Below, one piece after another: positions 18,053-28,469 of a stretch of DNA of 64,000 bases. Below the pieces are notes generated by a model. It worked only from the letters and a program-made list of their open reading frames with translations. It did not search any database and was not told the origin of the DNA. Origin of the DNA: Candidatus Fimihabitans intestinipullorum (GTDB lineage: Bacteria; Bacillota_I; Bacilli_A; RF39; UBA660); the NCBI GenBank assembly GCA_018714965.1, contig DVML01000025.1:14207-78206 (forward strand), in the 5' to 3' direction. The first letter of the stretch is position 1, and each line of letters starts with the position of its first letter. The translations under genes and the position numbers were made by a program.

Positions 18053-20458
18053 ATGACAGGTGTTATGGAAGATACAGCATTAGAACTACAGGTAGTGAAG
18101 AGAAATGGAAAGAAAGTTGACTTTGATGGAACGAAAATAGCAATCGCTATTAAAAAGGGATTCGATAGTTTAATTCCATCAGAGGAGAATGCAACATTAC
18201 AAGATGTTGGCTATAGTGAAAAAGATGTAAACAAAGTTTATCATGCGGTGATGGAACGCATTAAAAAAGAATATAAAGATGAAGAGAAGATCAAGATTGA
18301 GACGATTCAGGATATGATCGAGGATGAACTTCAAAAGAAACATTATACAGATGTTTATGAATCATTTAAGGCATATCGTGAGCAGAGAAATCAATCACGT
18401 GAGTTATTCTCAGATAATAAAAGACTTCATAAGTTTTTAAAGAACATTGAAAGCTTAGGATTAAAGTCAGCACACGAAGAAAATACAAAGAGAGAAAATG
18501 CGAATGTCGATGGAGATACTGCAATGGGAACAATGCTTCAATATGGAGCTACGATTTCTAAAGAGTTTACGAAAGCATATCTTATGAAACGTAAATATGC
18601 AGATGCTCACGATTCAGGAGCGATCCACATTCACGATATGGACTTTATGGCAATGGGAACGACGACTTGTTGTCAAATCGATTTAAATCGTCTATTCAAA
18701 GGTGGATTCTCAACAGGGCATGGACATTTGAGAGAACCAAATGACATTATGTCTTACGCTGCACTTGCTGCTATTGCAATTCAAGCAAATCAAAATGATC
18801 AACATGGGGGACAAGCAATCCCAGCATTCGATTACTATTTAGCACCAGGAGTGTTAAAGACATTTAAAAAACAATTTAAACAAGTCGTAAATGACTATTT
18901 AGATTTAGAAGGTTTGAAACCTCTTGTTAATATGGAGCGTATCGCAAAGGATATTAGTAAATTAACTTCTATCGAAGTAGATATGGAAGCGTTTGATGTC
19001 TACTCAAAAGGAAGTGAAAAAGTACATCATATTCTTTGCTTAGGATATGAAAAAGCGGTTCAAAAGACAGATCGTATTACATATCAAGCGATGGAAGCGT
19101 TTATTCACAACTTAAATACAATGCATTCAAGAGCAGGGGCTCAAGTTCCATTTTCAAGTATTAACTTTGGAACAGATACTTCTCCAGAGGGAAGAATGGT
19201 GATGAAAGACTATTTACTTGCCTTAGATGCTGGACTAGGACATGGAGAAACTCCAATTTTCCCAATTTCAATTTTTAAAGTAAAAGAAGGAGTTAACTAT
19301 AATCCAGAAGATCCAAACTATGATTTGTTCCATTTATCATGCGAAGTTTCTGCGAAGAGATTATTCCCTAATTTCTCGTTTATCGATGCTCCATTCAATT
19401 TGCAATATTATAAAGAAGGAGATTACAGAACAGAAGTTGGATACATGGGATGTCGTACACGTGTCATGGGAGATGTAACCGATCCAGATAATCAAGTGAC
19501 ACCTGGACGTGGTAATTTATCATTTACGTCTATCAACCTTCCAAGACTTGGAATCAAACATGGTATTGTAACAAATGAAAAGGCTGATATGGATGGATTC
19601 TTCGAAGAACTTGGAGAATATATGGAAATGGTAAAAGATCAATTGTTGGAACGTTTTGAAATTCAATGTAGAAAACATGTTTATAATTTTCCATTCTTAC
19701 TTGGGCAAGGTGTTTGGACAGATGGAGAAAAGTTAAAGCCAAACGATCGTATTCGTAAGTTATTAAAACATGGTACGTTGACATTTGGATTTATCGGACT
19801 TGCAGAATGTTTAAAAGCTTTAACTGGTAAACATCATGGAGAAAGTGAAGAATCTCAAAAATTAGGACTTGAAATTATTGGATTCATGCGTAAGAAAGCA
19901 GACGAATATTCTGAAAAATACAACTTGAATTTCTCTGTTATCGCAACTCCAGCAGAAGGATTATCCGGAAGATTTGTCAATATCGACAAAGCAATCTATG
20001 GTAAGATCAAAGGTGTTACAGATCGTGAATACTATACAAACTCATTCCATATTCCAGTTTATTACAATATTTCAGCAGCTCGTAAGATCGAATTAGAAGC
20101 ACCATATCATGCGCTTACAAATGGTGGACATATTACTTATATCGAATTAGATGGAGATACTACAGAAAATGTAGAAGCATTTGAAAAAGTGATTCGTAAA
20201 ATGAAAGAGTCAGGAATTGGATATGGGGCAATTAATCACCCAGTTGATCGTGATCCAGTTTGTGGATTTAATGGTGTAATTAACGATACTTGTCCAGGAT
20301 GTGGTAGAAAAGAAGAAGATGACGATGTGCACTTTGAAAGAATTCGTCGTATTACGGGATACCTTGTTGGAACAGTAGATCGCTTTAACAACGGAAAAAG
20401 AGCGGAAGAAAGAGATCGTGTAAAACACACGTTGAATGCAAGAAATGCAAAAAATTAG
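18053..20458 (+). CDS. nrdD: Anaerobic (class III) ribonucleoside-triphosphate reductase with ATP cone
   Basis: VVKRNG ATP cone, ENAN, IHIHDMD, TTTCCQ, MGCRT, ATPAEG, YYTNS, RITGYL glycyl-radical motif. Confidence 0.97.
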   Translation: MTGVMEDTALELQVVKRNGKKVDFDGTKIAIAIKKGFDSLIPSEENATLQDVGYSEKDVNKVYHAVMERIKKEYKDEEKIKIETIQDMIEDELQKKHYTDVYESFKAYREQRNQSRELFSDNKRLHKFLKNIESLGLKSAHEENTKRENANVDGDTAMGTMLQYGATISKEFTKAYLMKRKYADAHDSGAIHIHDMDFMAMGTTTCCQIDLNRLFKGGFSTGHGHLREPNDIMSYAALAAIAIQANQNDQHGGQAIPAFDYYLAPGVLKTFKKQFKQVVNDYLDLEGLKPLVNMERIAKDISKLTSIEVDMEAFDVYSKGSEKVHHILCLGYEKAVQKTDRITYQAMEAFIHNLNTMHSRAGAQVPFSSINFGTDTSPEGRMVMKDYLLALDAGLGHGETPIFPISIFKVKEGVNYNPEDPNYDLFHLSCEVSAKRLFPNFSFIDAPFNLQYYKEGDYRTEVGYMGCRTRVMGDVTDPDNQVTPGRGNLSFTSINLPRLGIKHGIVTNEKADMDGFFEELGEYMEMVKDQLLERFEIQCRKHVYNFPFLLGQGVWTDGEKLKPNDRIRKLLKHGTLTFGFIGLAECLKALTGKHHGESEESQKLGLEIIGFMRKKADEYSEKYNLNFSVIATPAEGLSGRFVNIDKAIYGKIKGVTDREYYTNSFHIPVYYNISAARKIELEAPYHALTNGGHITYIELDGDTTENVEAFEKVIRKMKESGIGYGAINHPVDRDPVCGFNGVINDTCPGCGRKEEDDDVHFERIRRITGYLVGTVDRFNNGKRAEERDRVKHTLNARNAKN

Positions 20459-21011
20459 ATTAGCAGGCGAATTACAGACGGATAGTATCGTCGATGGTCC
20501 AGGCATTCGTGCGGTCGTATGGACACAAGGTTGTGGACATCACTGCAAAGGATGTCATAATCCAGAAACATGGGACTTTAAGGGCGGAATGGAATGTGAT
20601 GTCGATGATATCAAAAGACAACTAGAACAGTTAGAAGATCATGATGGAATCACTCTTTCCGGAGGAGATCCGATGTTCCAAGCAAAAGCATGTTACGAAA
20701 TTGCAAAATATGCAAAAGAACTCGGTTTTAATGTTTGGTGTTATACAGGATTTACTTATGAACAATTGATGGTGATGAATGGTCGTGATTCATATATATT
20801 GAAGTTACTAGAACAATTGGATGTTTTAGTAGATGGTAAATTCGAATTAGCGCAAAAGAGTCTTAATTTAAAATTTAAAGGATCTCGTAATCAGCGGATT
20901 ATTGATGTTCCTGCAAGTTTGGATGAAGGTAAAGTTGTTATTGTAGATAAGTACTGTGAAGAGAAGAAATGGTCACCAAAATACCAAAAACAAGAATTTT
21001 TATACATTTAA
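20436..21011 (+). CDS. nrdG: Anaerobic RNR activating protein (radical SAM)
   Basis: DSIVDGPGIR, GCGHHCKGCHNP, LSGGDP, LVDG, GSRNQR. Confidence 0.96.
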   Translation: MQEMQKIRLAGELQTDSIVDGPGIRAVVWTQGCGHHCKGCHNPETWDFKGGMECDVDDIKRQLEQLEDHDGITLSGGDPMFQAKACYEIAKYAKELGFNVWCYTGFTYEQLMVMNGRDSYILKLLEQLDVLVDGKFELAQKSLNLKFKGSRNQRIIDVPASLDEGKVVIVDKYCEEKKWSPKYQKQEFLYI

Positions 21012-21104
21012 GAATTATAGTTGTTTGCTATAATTCTTTTTGTTATCTATAATATTGTTGTATTGTAGACGATTGATTGGTTTGATATTCGAAAGAGAAA
21101 AAGC

Positions 21105-21135
21105 TTGACTTAAAGCTTGCTTTAGGGAGTAAAAT
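21105..21135 (+). promoter_or_regulatory. MerR (AdhR/NmlR)-type promoter with 19-bp spacer and internal palindrome
   Basis: TTGACT-19 bp-TAAAAT containing CTTAAAG-cttg-CTTTAGG. Confidence 0.7.
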
Positions 21136-21163
21136 AAAAATGTAATAAAGGAAAGGTGATAAA

Positions 21164-21487
21164 ATGGAAAAACAAACAGCGGGGAGAGATCAACTAGGAA
21201 CGTTTGCTCCGAAATTTGCAGAATTAAACGATGATGTTTTATTTGGAGAGGTATGGAGCAGGGAAGATAAATTATCTTTAAGAGATCGATCTTTAATAAC
21301 CGTCGTTGCCTTAATGAGCAAAGGAATCTTAGATTCTAGTTTAAAATATCATATTATGAATGCTAAGAAAAATGGAATTACAAAAGAAGAGATGGCAGAA
21401 GTTTTAACACATGTTGCATTCTATGCAGGCTGGCCAAATGCCTGGGCTGTTTTTAAGATAGCAAAGGAGGTTTATGAGAGTGAATAA
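21164..21487 (+). CDS. Carboxymuconolactone decarboxylase (CMD/AhpD-like) family protein
   Basis: LFGEVWSR...LSLRDRSLITV...NGIT...FYAGWPNA. Confidence 0.9.
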   Translation: MEKQTAGRDQLGTFAPKFAELNDDVLFGEVWSREDKLSLRDRSLITVVALMSKGILDSSLKYHIMNAKKNGITKEEMAEVLTHVAFYAGWPNAWAVFKIAKEVYESE

Positions 21488-21905
21488 AGAGTTATTTGAA
21501 AAAGAAAATGTATTTGGATTAGGAACTCCAAATGATGCTTTTGCACAATATTTTATAGGTCAAAGTTATTTAAATCCCTTGACAGATCCAAATAAAACAA
21601 ACGTGTTTTTAGCGAATGTTACATTTGAACCAGGATGTAGAAATAACTGGCATATTCATCATGCGAAAAGTGGTGGTGGACAACTTCTAATCTGCACTGC
21701 TGGATATGGTTGGTATCAAGAAGAAGGAAAAGAAGCACAAAGCTTAAAGCCAGGAGATGTCGTAACAATACCAGCAAATGTAAAACATTGGCATGGTGCA
21801 AAGAAAGATTCTTGGTTTAGTCATATTGCTGTGGAAGTACCAGGAGAAGATACAGAAAACGAATGGTGTGAAGCAATATCTGATGAAGAATATAATAAAT
21901 TATAA
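21474..21905 (+). CDS. Cupin domain protein
   Basis: VTFEPGCRNNWHIH...GQLL...PGDVVTIPANVKHWHGA. Confidence 0.9.
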   Translation: MRVNKELFEKENVFGLGTPNDAFAQYFIGQSYLNPLTDPNKTNVFLANVTFEPGCRNNWHIHHAKSGGGQLLICTAGYGWYQEEGKEAQSLKPGDVVTIPANVKHWHGAKKDSWFSHIAVEVPGEDTENEWCEAISDEEYNKL

Positions 21906-22022
21906 TTAAAAATTTTAAAATGAGATAGTCACAAAAAGCAAAACAAATGTTCGCTAAATTCGTTGACAATCAACTTTCTTTACTGTACAATTTAGTTGTA
22001 GAGAGTAAGAAAGGAAAAGACA

Positions 22023-22982
22023 TTGAATCAAAAAAATGAAATAATTTTATTTGAAAACCAAAAAGTCAAACTTGAAGTTAATATGCAAGATGAGACTGTG
22101 TGGCTAAATACAGAGCAAATGGCTCAATTATTTGATAGAGATTATAAAACTATTAGAAAGCATATCAATAATATCTTAGAAGAGGAATTGAAAGATGAAA
22201 AGGTTGTCGCAAAATTTGCGAATACCACTACACATGGTGCGATTGCAGGAAAAGTTCAAACACATATGATAGACTATTACAATCTTGACGTCATTATTAG
22301 TGTTGGTTATCGTGTAAAGTCGCAAAATGGTATCATTTTTAGAAAATGGGCAAACAAAATATTAAAAGATTACATGATAAAAGGTTATGCAGTCAATCAA
22401 AAAAGGTTGGAATATTTAGAAAAGACGATTAAGCTAATAGATATCGCGAATAGAATTGATGAAAAATTAGAAAATAATGATGCCAAAGAAATTTTGAGAG
22501 TGATAGGAAGTTATTCAAAAGCACTTGATTTATTAGATGATTATGATCACAGAACGCTATTGAAACCTAAAGGAAATAATAGTCAGAAACGAATAAAATA
22601 TGAAGATTGTTCAGAAATAATTAATAGGTTAAAATTCAATGAAGAAAGTGATATTTTTGCTATCGAACGAAATAAAGGATTAGAAGCGATTATAGGAAAT
22701 ATTTATCAAACATATGATGGTAAAGATGTTTATCAAAGTATAGAAGAAAAAGCTTCTAACTTTATATATATGATTGTTAAAAATCATGTTTTCATTGATG
22801 GAAATAAAAGGATTGCGGCAACATTGTTTATTTATTTTTTAAATTACTATAATATTTTGTATCAGGATGGTAAACAAGTCATTGATAATAACACTTTAAC
22901 GGCTTTAACATTATTGATTGCGGAGTCAAACCCAAAAGAAAAAGAGATTATCATCGATCTAGTTATGAATTTTCTTAGTTAA
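22023..22982 (+). CDS. RhuM-like domain fused to Fic/Doc domain
   Basis: ETVWL..QMAQLF, YNLDVIISVGYRVKS, FRKWA; HVFIDGNKR Fic/Doc motif. Confidence 0.9.
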   Translation: MNQKNEIILFENQKVKLEVNMQDETVWLNTEQMAQLFDRDYKTIRKHINNILEEELKDEKVVAKFANTTTHGAIAGKVQTHMIDYYNLDVIISVGYRVKSQNGIIFRKWANKILKDYMIKGYAVNQKRLEYLEKTIKLIDIANRIDEKLENNDAKEILRVIGSYSKALDLLDDYDHRTLLKPKGNNSQKRIKYEDCSEIINRLKFNEESDIFAIERNKGLEAIIGNIYQTYDGKDVYQSIEEKASNFIYMIVKNHVFIDGNKRIAATLFIYFLNYYNILYQDGKQVIDNNTLTALTLLIAESNPKEKEIIIDLVMNFLS

Positions 22983-23051
22983 ACAGGTTTCTATCAAAAA
23001 GATGGTATGGAGAAGATAATGATAAAGTTTGTAGTTAATTGGGGGTTTAAT

Positions 23052-23405
23052 ATGCAAGAAAATATGATTACTTATAAAATCTACAAAAATGTTTATGACG
23101 AGATGGCATCTGGAAAGAAAAATGTTGAAATTAGATTATTAAATGAAAAATCTCAAAAGATAAAAATTGGAGATAAGATTACATTTCAAGTGTTAGATAG
23201 TGACTTAACTTTGGTTGTGGAAGTGACAAATAAATATATTTATTCTAATGTTGATGAATTATGGGAAGAGAAAGCAATTGTTTCAAATAATACATTAAAT
23301 TATACGAAAGAAGAATTTGCTTGTGCTTTATATGAAATATTTGGTAAAGATAAAGTCGTTAGCTCAAAAATCGTCGGAATAGAATTTAAAATTTTAAAAA
23401 AATAA
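23052..23405 (+). CDS. ASCH domain protein
   Basis: SGKKNVEIRL...IKIGDKITF; start tentatively ATG at 23052 behind GGGGG. Confidence 0.8.
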   Translation: MQENMITYKIYKNVYDEMASGKKNVEIRLLNEKSQKIKIGDKITFQVLDSDLTLVVEVTNKYIYSNVDELWEEKAIVSNNTLNYTKEEFACALYEIFGKDKVVSSKIVGIEFKILKK

Positions 23406-23523
23406 TTTATTTCTAATGAAAACATTTCATGATATTAAGAGAGTGTGAAGAAATTATATTGCATGAAACTATGTGATCATAAGGTAAAATATCATTTCAT
23501 TATTATATAGAAAGGAAGATAAA

Positions 23524-24414
23524 ATGGAAAAATCAAAAGTATATTTTATTCGAGAGATCACTCCCGGAAATATTATTAAAGCATATGAAGCTTTAGGTAA
23601 AAATTTAGAAGGGAACGTCGCTGTTAAAATGCACTCTGGGGAACAGGGAAATCAAAATTATTTGAGACCAGAGTTCGTTCAAGATGTGATTCATCATGTG
23701 AATGGAACGGTCGTAGAGTGTAATACGGCATATGAAGGTGCTAGAAATTCTACAGAAAAACATAAAAAGTTAATCGAAGAACACGAATGGAATAAATATT
23801 TTCCGTTTGACTTATTGGACGCAGAGGGACCAGATATGGAACTTGAGATTCCAAATGGTAAAGTGTTAAAGAAAAATTATGTTGGAAAGAATTTAGCAAA
23901 CTACAATGCTTTACTTGTCTTATCCCATTTTAAGGGACACGCCATGGGTGGATATGGTGGAGCTTTAAAACAACTTTCTATCGGATGTGCATCTTCTCAT
24001 GGAAAAACGTTAATCCATACGGCAGGTGTGACAGATGATCAAAAGGTATTATTTCAAAATTTGCCAGAGCAGGATAGGTTTTTAGAAGCTATGGCAGATG
24101 CAGCAAAGTCTGTCGTAGATTATTTTAAAGGGAATGCAATTTATATCAATGTTATGAAAAATATTTCAGTCGATTGTGATTGTGATGCGCATGCATCCGC
24201 ACCATGTATGCAGGATATTGGAATTTTAGCGAGTCTCGATCCTGTTGCAGTCGATCAAGCTTGTCTAGATTTAGTTTATCAGTCAAATGATCCTGGAAAA
24301 GATAAATTGATCGAGAGAATTGAATCTCGTCACGGAGTACATACGATTGAAAGTGCCTACGATCTCGGTGTTGGAAATAGGGAATACGAACTTGTTCAAA
24401 TAGATGAAAAATAA
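23524..24414 (+). CDS. DUF362 family Fe-S protein
   Basis: VAVKMHSGE, SHFKGH, GGALKQL, DCDC, DPVAVDQA. Confidence 0.85.
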   Translation: MEKSKVYFIREITPGNIIKAYEALGKNLEGNVAVKMHSGEQGNQNYLRPEFVQDVIHHVNGTVVECNTAYEGARNSTEKHKKLIEEHEWNKYFPFDLLDAEGPDMELEIPNGKVLKKNYVGKNLANYNALLVLSHFKGHAMGGYGGALKQLSIGCASSHGKTLIHTAGVTDDQKVLFQNLPEQDRFLEAMADAAKSVVDYFKGNAIYINVMKNISVDCDCDAHASAPCMQDIGILASLDPVAVDQACLDLVYQSNDPGKDKLIERIESRHGVHTIESAYDLGVGNREYELVQIDEK

Positions 24415-24551
24415 GAAAGTTTTTACTTTCTTTTTTTCTTTTATATGGAACACATTTCTGACTTTTGATTGACTTCTCCCACAATTCATATTACAATGAT
24501 ATTAGGTGAAATCATAAGTATTTTACTTAGTATATATATTGGAGGGAAGAT

Positions 24552-26105
24552 ATGGAACAGATAGCGTTTTCCATTTTACTTGTCCTCCTTGGACTTTTTG
24601 TTGGAGTCATACTAGTGATTCTAATTAATTATCTTAAGGGTAATTTAGCTGCAAAAAAAGTAGAGGCTTTATTAGAACGTGCCAAGAAAGATGCCGATAA
24701 GGTCAAACGAGATTACTTATTAGAGGCAAAAGAAGAGGCACATCGTTTAAAAAGAGAAACTGAAAAAGAAATCAAAGAGAAAAAAAATGAAATGAAAGAA
24801 TCAGAAGATCGTTTGCTTGCACGTGAAAATAACATGGACCGTAGAGATCAGACATTACAAAATCGTGAGCAGATGTTAGAAGATAAAGAAAATCATTTAA
24901 TTCAAAAACAAAAAGATATCCAAGATGAACAAGCGAAAGTGGAAGAGATTAAGAAGGAACAAATTCAACTATTAGAAAGTATTGCAGGCTTTTCAAAGAA
25001 TCAAGCTCGTGAGCTTGTTCTTAAAAAAGTAGAGGATATGATGAGTTTAGAGATTGCAGCACTCATCAAGGATCGAGAAGCAGAAGCAAAATTAGAAGTT
25101 GATAAAAAATCGAAAGATATGTTAGTGTCTTGTATGCAAAAATATGCATCAGATGTAGCTAACGAACAGACTGTCACAGTCGTTAATTTACCAAGTGACG
25201 ATATGAAGGGACGAATCATTGGGCGTGAAGGAAGAAATATTCGTACGATCGAAGCAGTAACAGGAGTTGATCTCATTATCGACGACACTCCTGAGGCAAT
25301 AGTCCTTTCTAGTTTTGATCCACTACGTCGCGAAATTGCTCGCGTTACATTAGAAACATTAATCAAAGATGGAAGAATTCATCCTACGAGAATCGAAGAA
25401 GTGTACGATAAAGTGAGCAAGGATATGAATGCTAAGATTTTAGAATATGGAAACAATGCATTATTCGAACTTGGTATTACTAAAATGGATCCAGAATTGG
25501 TAGAATTAGTTGGTAAACTTCATTTTAGAACAAGCTACGGGCAAAATGCATTACAACATTCTATTGAAGTAGCTAGTTTATCAGGATTATTAGCTGCGGA
25601 GTTAGGAGAAAATGTTAATTTAGCAAAACGTGCTGGACTTCTTCACGATATCGGAAAGGCGATCGATCATGAAGTAGAGGGAAGCCACGTAGAATTAGGA
25701 GCAGATTTAGCACGTAAATTCCATGAGAATGATACTGTGTTAAATGCGATAGAATCACATCATGGTGATCATCCAGCAACGACGATCATCTCTGAAATCG
25801 TAGCGATAGCAGATACTCTTTCGGCATCGCGGCCTGGAGCTAGAAATGACTCGTTAGAAAATTACGTAAAACGTTTACAAGAATTAGAAGCGATAGCAAA
25901 TGATATGGATGGCATTGAAAAGACATTTGCTGTACAGGCAGGTAGAGAACTACGCGTTATCGTAAAACCTGAAGAGATCGATGATCTCGGAAGCTATAAG
26001 GTAGCACGCGATATTAAAAATAAAATTGAAGAACAGATGCAGTATCCGGGAACGATTAAGGTTACTGTCATTCGTGAAACGAGAGCGACAGAGGAAGCAA
26101 AATAA
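24552..26105 (+). CDS. rny: Ribonuclease Y
   Basis: N-terminal TM, coiled coil, KH domain ([13 protein letters not shown]), HD domain (LLHDIGK), RPGAR. Confidence 0.97.
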   Translation: MEQIAFSILLVLLGLFVGVILVILINYLKGNLAAKKVEALLERAKKDADKVKRDYLLEAKEEAHRLKRETEKEIKEKKNEMKESEDRLLARENNMDRRDQTLQNREQMLEDKENHLIQKQKDIQDEQAKVEEIKKEQIQLLESIAGFSKNQARELVLKKVEDMMSLEIAALIKDREAEAKLEVDKKSKDMLVSCMQKYASDVANEQTVTVVNLPSDDMKGRIIGREGRNIRTIEAVTGVDLIIDDTPEAIVLSSFDPLRREIARVTLETLIKDGRIHPTRIEEVYDKVSKDMNAKILEYGNNALFELGITKMDPELVELVGKLHFRTSYGQNALQHSIEVASLSGLLAAELGENVNLAKRAGLLHDIGKAIDHEVEGSHVELGADLARKFHENDTVLNAIESHHGDHPATTIISEIVAIADTLSASRPGARNDSLENYVKRLQELEAIANDMDGIEKTFAVQAGRELRVIVKPEEIDDLGSYKVARDIKNKIEEQMQYPGTIKVTVIRETRATEEAK

Positions 26106-26221
26106 TTTGCTTCTTTTTGTATGAAATGTATTTGCGCCCAGTTTTTGTTACTTTTAAACAAAAGACGACTTTTTTCGATTGTTTAAATGCTATTCTAGAA
26201 GAGTGGATAAAGGGGGATTTT

Positions 26222-27028
26222 ATGCAAGAGCAACAAATGAGAGGGTTAATTGCGGAGTTTCAAACACAACTCGCTTCTATAGAGGGAAGATTAACTGCGT
26301 TTCAATATACTTCAGAATTAAGGGAGTATTTCAAGTCTTATATCGTGACAGAATTAGAGAAAGATAGAGTTTCGTTAGATCAGATGAAACAGGCATTCTT
26401 TTTTTCGAGTACGAACGAGGAAGATCTTTGTCGTCAATATTTTTTTTTAGAAAAACACGATTATCTTTTAAGTATTAGTGAAATTATCGATATGAATTAT
26501 CATATGAGAGAGATTAGAGAACAGATTCGACAACTGACAAAAATCGTGTTTGATCGATTGCGAAGGCAGATTGTAGTACACTTGAAAAGTGAAAGTCAGA
26601 GTAGAATCACTTTAGAAAGTCATGCGCTAACAGGATATGATCTATCCTATTTATTAAATGAAATTGGAATTCCTTCTAATTTAAAAGGTCGTCAATATAT
26701 CGAATATATTATGATTGAATTATTAGAGCGTAAGTTATCGATCAAAGATGGAATTACGACATCGATTTATCCGATGGTTGCAAGTTTCTTTCAGACGACA
26801 CCGAGTAAAGTGGAACGTTCAATTCGTCATGCGATCGAAGTTGCTTGGATGAGAGGAAATGAGCAACTGTTACACGAATTATGTGGATATACAGTATCTT
26901 TTTCGGCATCGAAACCGACAAATAGAGAATTTTTAGCAAATTTGTTTCATTATCTAGAACTAAAATTATGCCATAATGGAATTGATAAAGAGAGTTTTTC
27001 TTCATTACGACATTCTTTGTTATCATAA
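26222..27028 (+). CDS. Spo0A C-terminal DNA-binding domain protein lacking a receiver domain
   Basis: EIGIPSNLKG..Y...IT..IYP.VA..F.TTPSKVERSIRHAIEVAW.RG...GYTVS...KPTNREF matches the Spo0A_C signature; N-terminal ~140 aa helical with no REC motifs; ATG at 26222 behind AGGGGG. Confidence 0.85.
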   Translation: MQEQQMRGLIAEFQTQLASIEGRLTAFQYTSELREYFKSYIVTELEKDRVSLDQMKQAFFFSSTNEEDLCRQYFFLEKHDYLLSISEIIDMNYHMREIREQIRQLTKIVFDRLRRQIVVHLKSESQSRITLESHALTGYDLSYLLNEIGIPSNLKGRQYIEYIMIELLERKLSIKDGITTSIYPMVASFFQTTPSKVERSIRHAIEVAWMRGNEQLLHELCGYTVSFSASKPTNREFLANLFHYLELKLCHNGIDKESFSSLRHSLLS

Positions 27029-27054
27029 AAAGTACTTGAATATCAAGTACTTTT
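27028..27054. terminator. Bidirectional terminator
   Basis: AAAAGTACTTGA-ata-TCAAGTACTTTT between convergent genes. Confidence 0.8.
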
Positions 27055-27310
27055 AATAATTTCTGTAATATGGTCCATAATATGGATATGGGTAGTAATA
27101 ATAATTATTATAATATGGTCTAGGATAGAAATATGGAGCAACTAAACCACCGGTGACACCACCTAGTAAAAATGGGAATAGAAAACCACCGAGGCGATCA
27201 GAATTTGCTGCATTGACTGGTTGAATATTTCTTCTGTTGTTGTTTCCATATGCATATGGATAAAATTGGGCTGAAGGAACGTATCCGTTTCCTAACTGAT
27301 TTGAATACAT
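27053..27310 (-). CDS. Small Tyr/Pro/Gly-rich probable spore coat protein
   Basis: GGFLFPFLLGGVTGGLVAPYFYPRPYY...; strong RBS AAAGGAGAGG; sigmaK-like promoter. Confidence 0.7.
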   Translation of the reverse strand: MYSNQLGNGYVPSAQFYPYAYGNNNRRNIQPVNAANSDRLGGFLFPFLLGGVTGGLVAPYFYPRPYYNNYYYYPYPYYGPYYRNY

Positions 27311-27330
27311 ATTGCCTCTCCTTTCATAAT

Positions 27331-27356
27331 ATAGTATGATAATAATAGGAAAGAGT
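27331..27356 (-). promoter_or_regulatory. SigmaK-like sporulation promoter
   Basis: AC-16 bp-CATACTAT on the minus strand upstream of the Tyr-rich gene. Confidence 0.5.
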
Positions 27357-27362
27357 GAGAAA

Positions 27363-28469
27363 ATGAAAACAGGATTTGAAAAATTAAGTGAGACAATTGT
27401 ACACTATTCGTTAGATGTAAAACCAAACGATAAAGTATTGATTACTTGCACATCGGAGTGTAAGCCACTCGTGTTAAAATTAATCGATGCAATTACAGCG
27501 GCTGGAGCGGTTCCTATTGTTAAATTAGGAGACGATGAAATCGATGCGTATAGTTTGCAACATACGAGTGATGAGAGAATTCGTTTACTTGCTGACATGG
27601 CAGAGTTTGACGTGGATCATTTTGATTGTTTTATCCACATTCGATATACGAAGAACGAGTATGAAACGAAGAATGTACCTGCAGAGGTACGTCGTAAATT
27701 AGGAGAAGCTAAAGAACATGCAGACGACATTCGCATCAACGAGAGAAGATGGACGCTTTTGAACTATCCATCTGTTGTAGATGCTTATAAAGCGGGGATG
27801 CCAACAGAGGAGTTTTTCCAATATGCAGTGGATGTAATGAATGTCGATTATAAGCGCATGTACGATGCGATTTTACCTTTGAAAGAATTGATGGAGAAGA
27901 CAGATCAAGTACGTATCGTAGGGCCTAACACGGATATATCTTTTTCAATTAAAGGAATTCCAGCGATTCCATGTTGTGGAAAAGCCAATATTCCAGATGG
28001 GGAAATCTATACGGCACCAGTGAAAGAAAGTGTCAATGGTACAATAACTTATAATACACCTTGTCCATATCAGGGAAATATTTATACAAATGTATCCTTG
28101 ACGTTTGAAAATGGAAAAATCATCAAAGCAACATGTGATCAAGATAACGATAAATTAAATGAAATCTTCGATACAGATGAGGGAAGTCGCTATGTTGGAG
28201 AATTTTCTTTCGGTGTGAATCCAAAGATTTTAGATCCAATGGGAGATATTTTATACGACGAAAAGATTTTAGGAAGTATTCATTTTACACCAGGTAGAGC
28301 ATATAAAGATGCATTCAATGGAAATCTATCTTCAGTTCATTGGGATATGGTTTTAGTACAACGACCAGAATATGGTGGTGGAGAAATTTATTTCGATGGA
28401 AAGTTGATTCGCAAGGATGGAAAGTTTGTCTTGCCTGAATTGGAGGCATTGAACGGACTTCAAAAATAG
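27363..28469 (+). CDS. Aminopeptidase, M29 (AmpS-like) family
   Basis: NIPDGEIYTAP, GEF, DILYDEKI.GSIHFTPG, SSVHWDMV. Confidence 0.9.
   Translation: MKTGFEKLSETIVHYSLDVKPNDKVLITCTSECKPLVLKLIDAITAAGAVPIVKLGDDEIDAYSLQHTSDERIRLLADMAEFDVDHFDCFIHIRYTKNEYETKNVPAEVRRKLGEAKEHADDIRINERRWTLLNYPSVVDAYKAGMPTEEFFQYAVDVMNVDYKRMYDAILPLKELMEKTDQVRIVGPNTDISFSIKGIPAIPCCGKANIPDGEIYTAPVKESVNGTITYNTPCPYQGNIYTNVSLTFENGKIIKATCDQDNDKLNEIFDTDEGSRYVGEFSFGVNPKILDPMGDILYDEKILGSIHFTPGRAYKDAFNGNLSSVHWDMVLVQRPEYGGGEIYFDGKLIRKDGKFVLPELEALNGLQK

Noticed and set aside
21164-21905. CMD and cupin as one frameshifted fusion pseudogene
   Set aside because: The cupin ORF has its own AAGGAGG RBS and both domains are complete, so a genuine two-gene split is more likely
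23459-23490. Second MerR-type promoter before the DUF362 gene (TTGCAT-20 bp-TAAAAT)
   Set aside because: The palindrome is only 4 bp per arm and too weak to support
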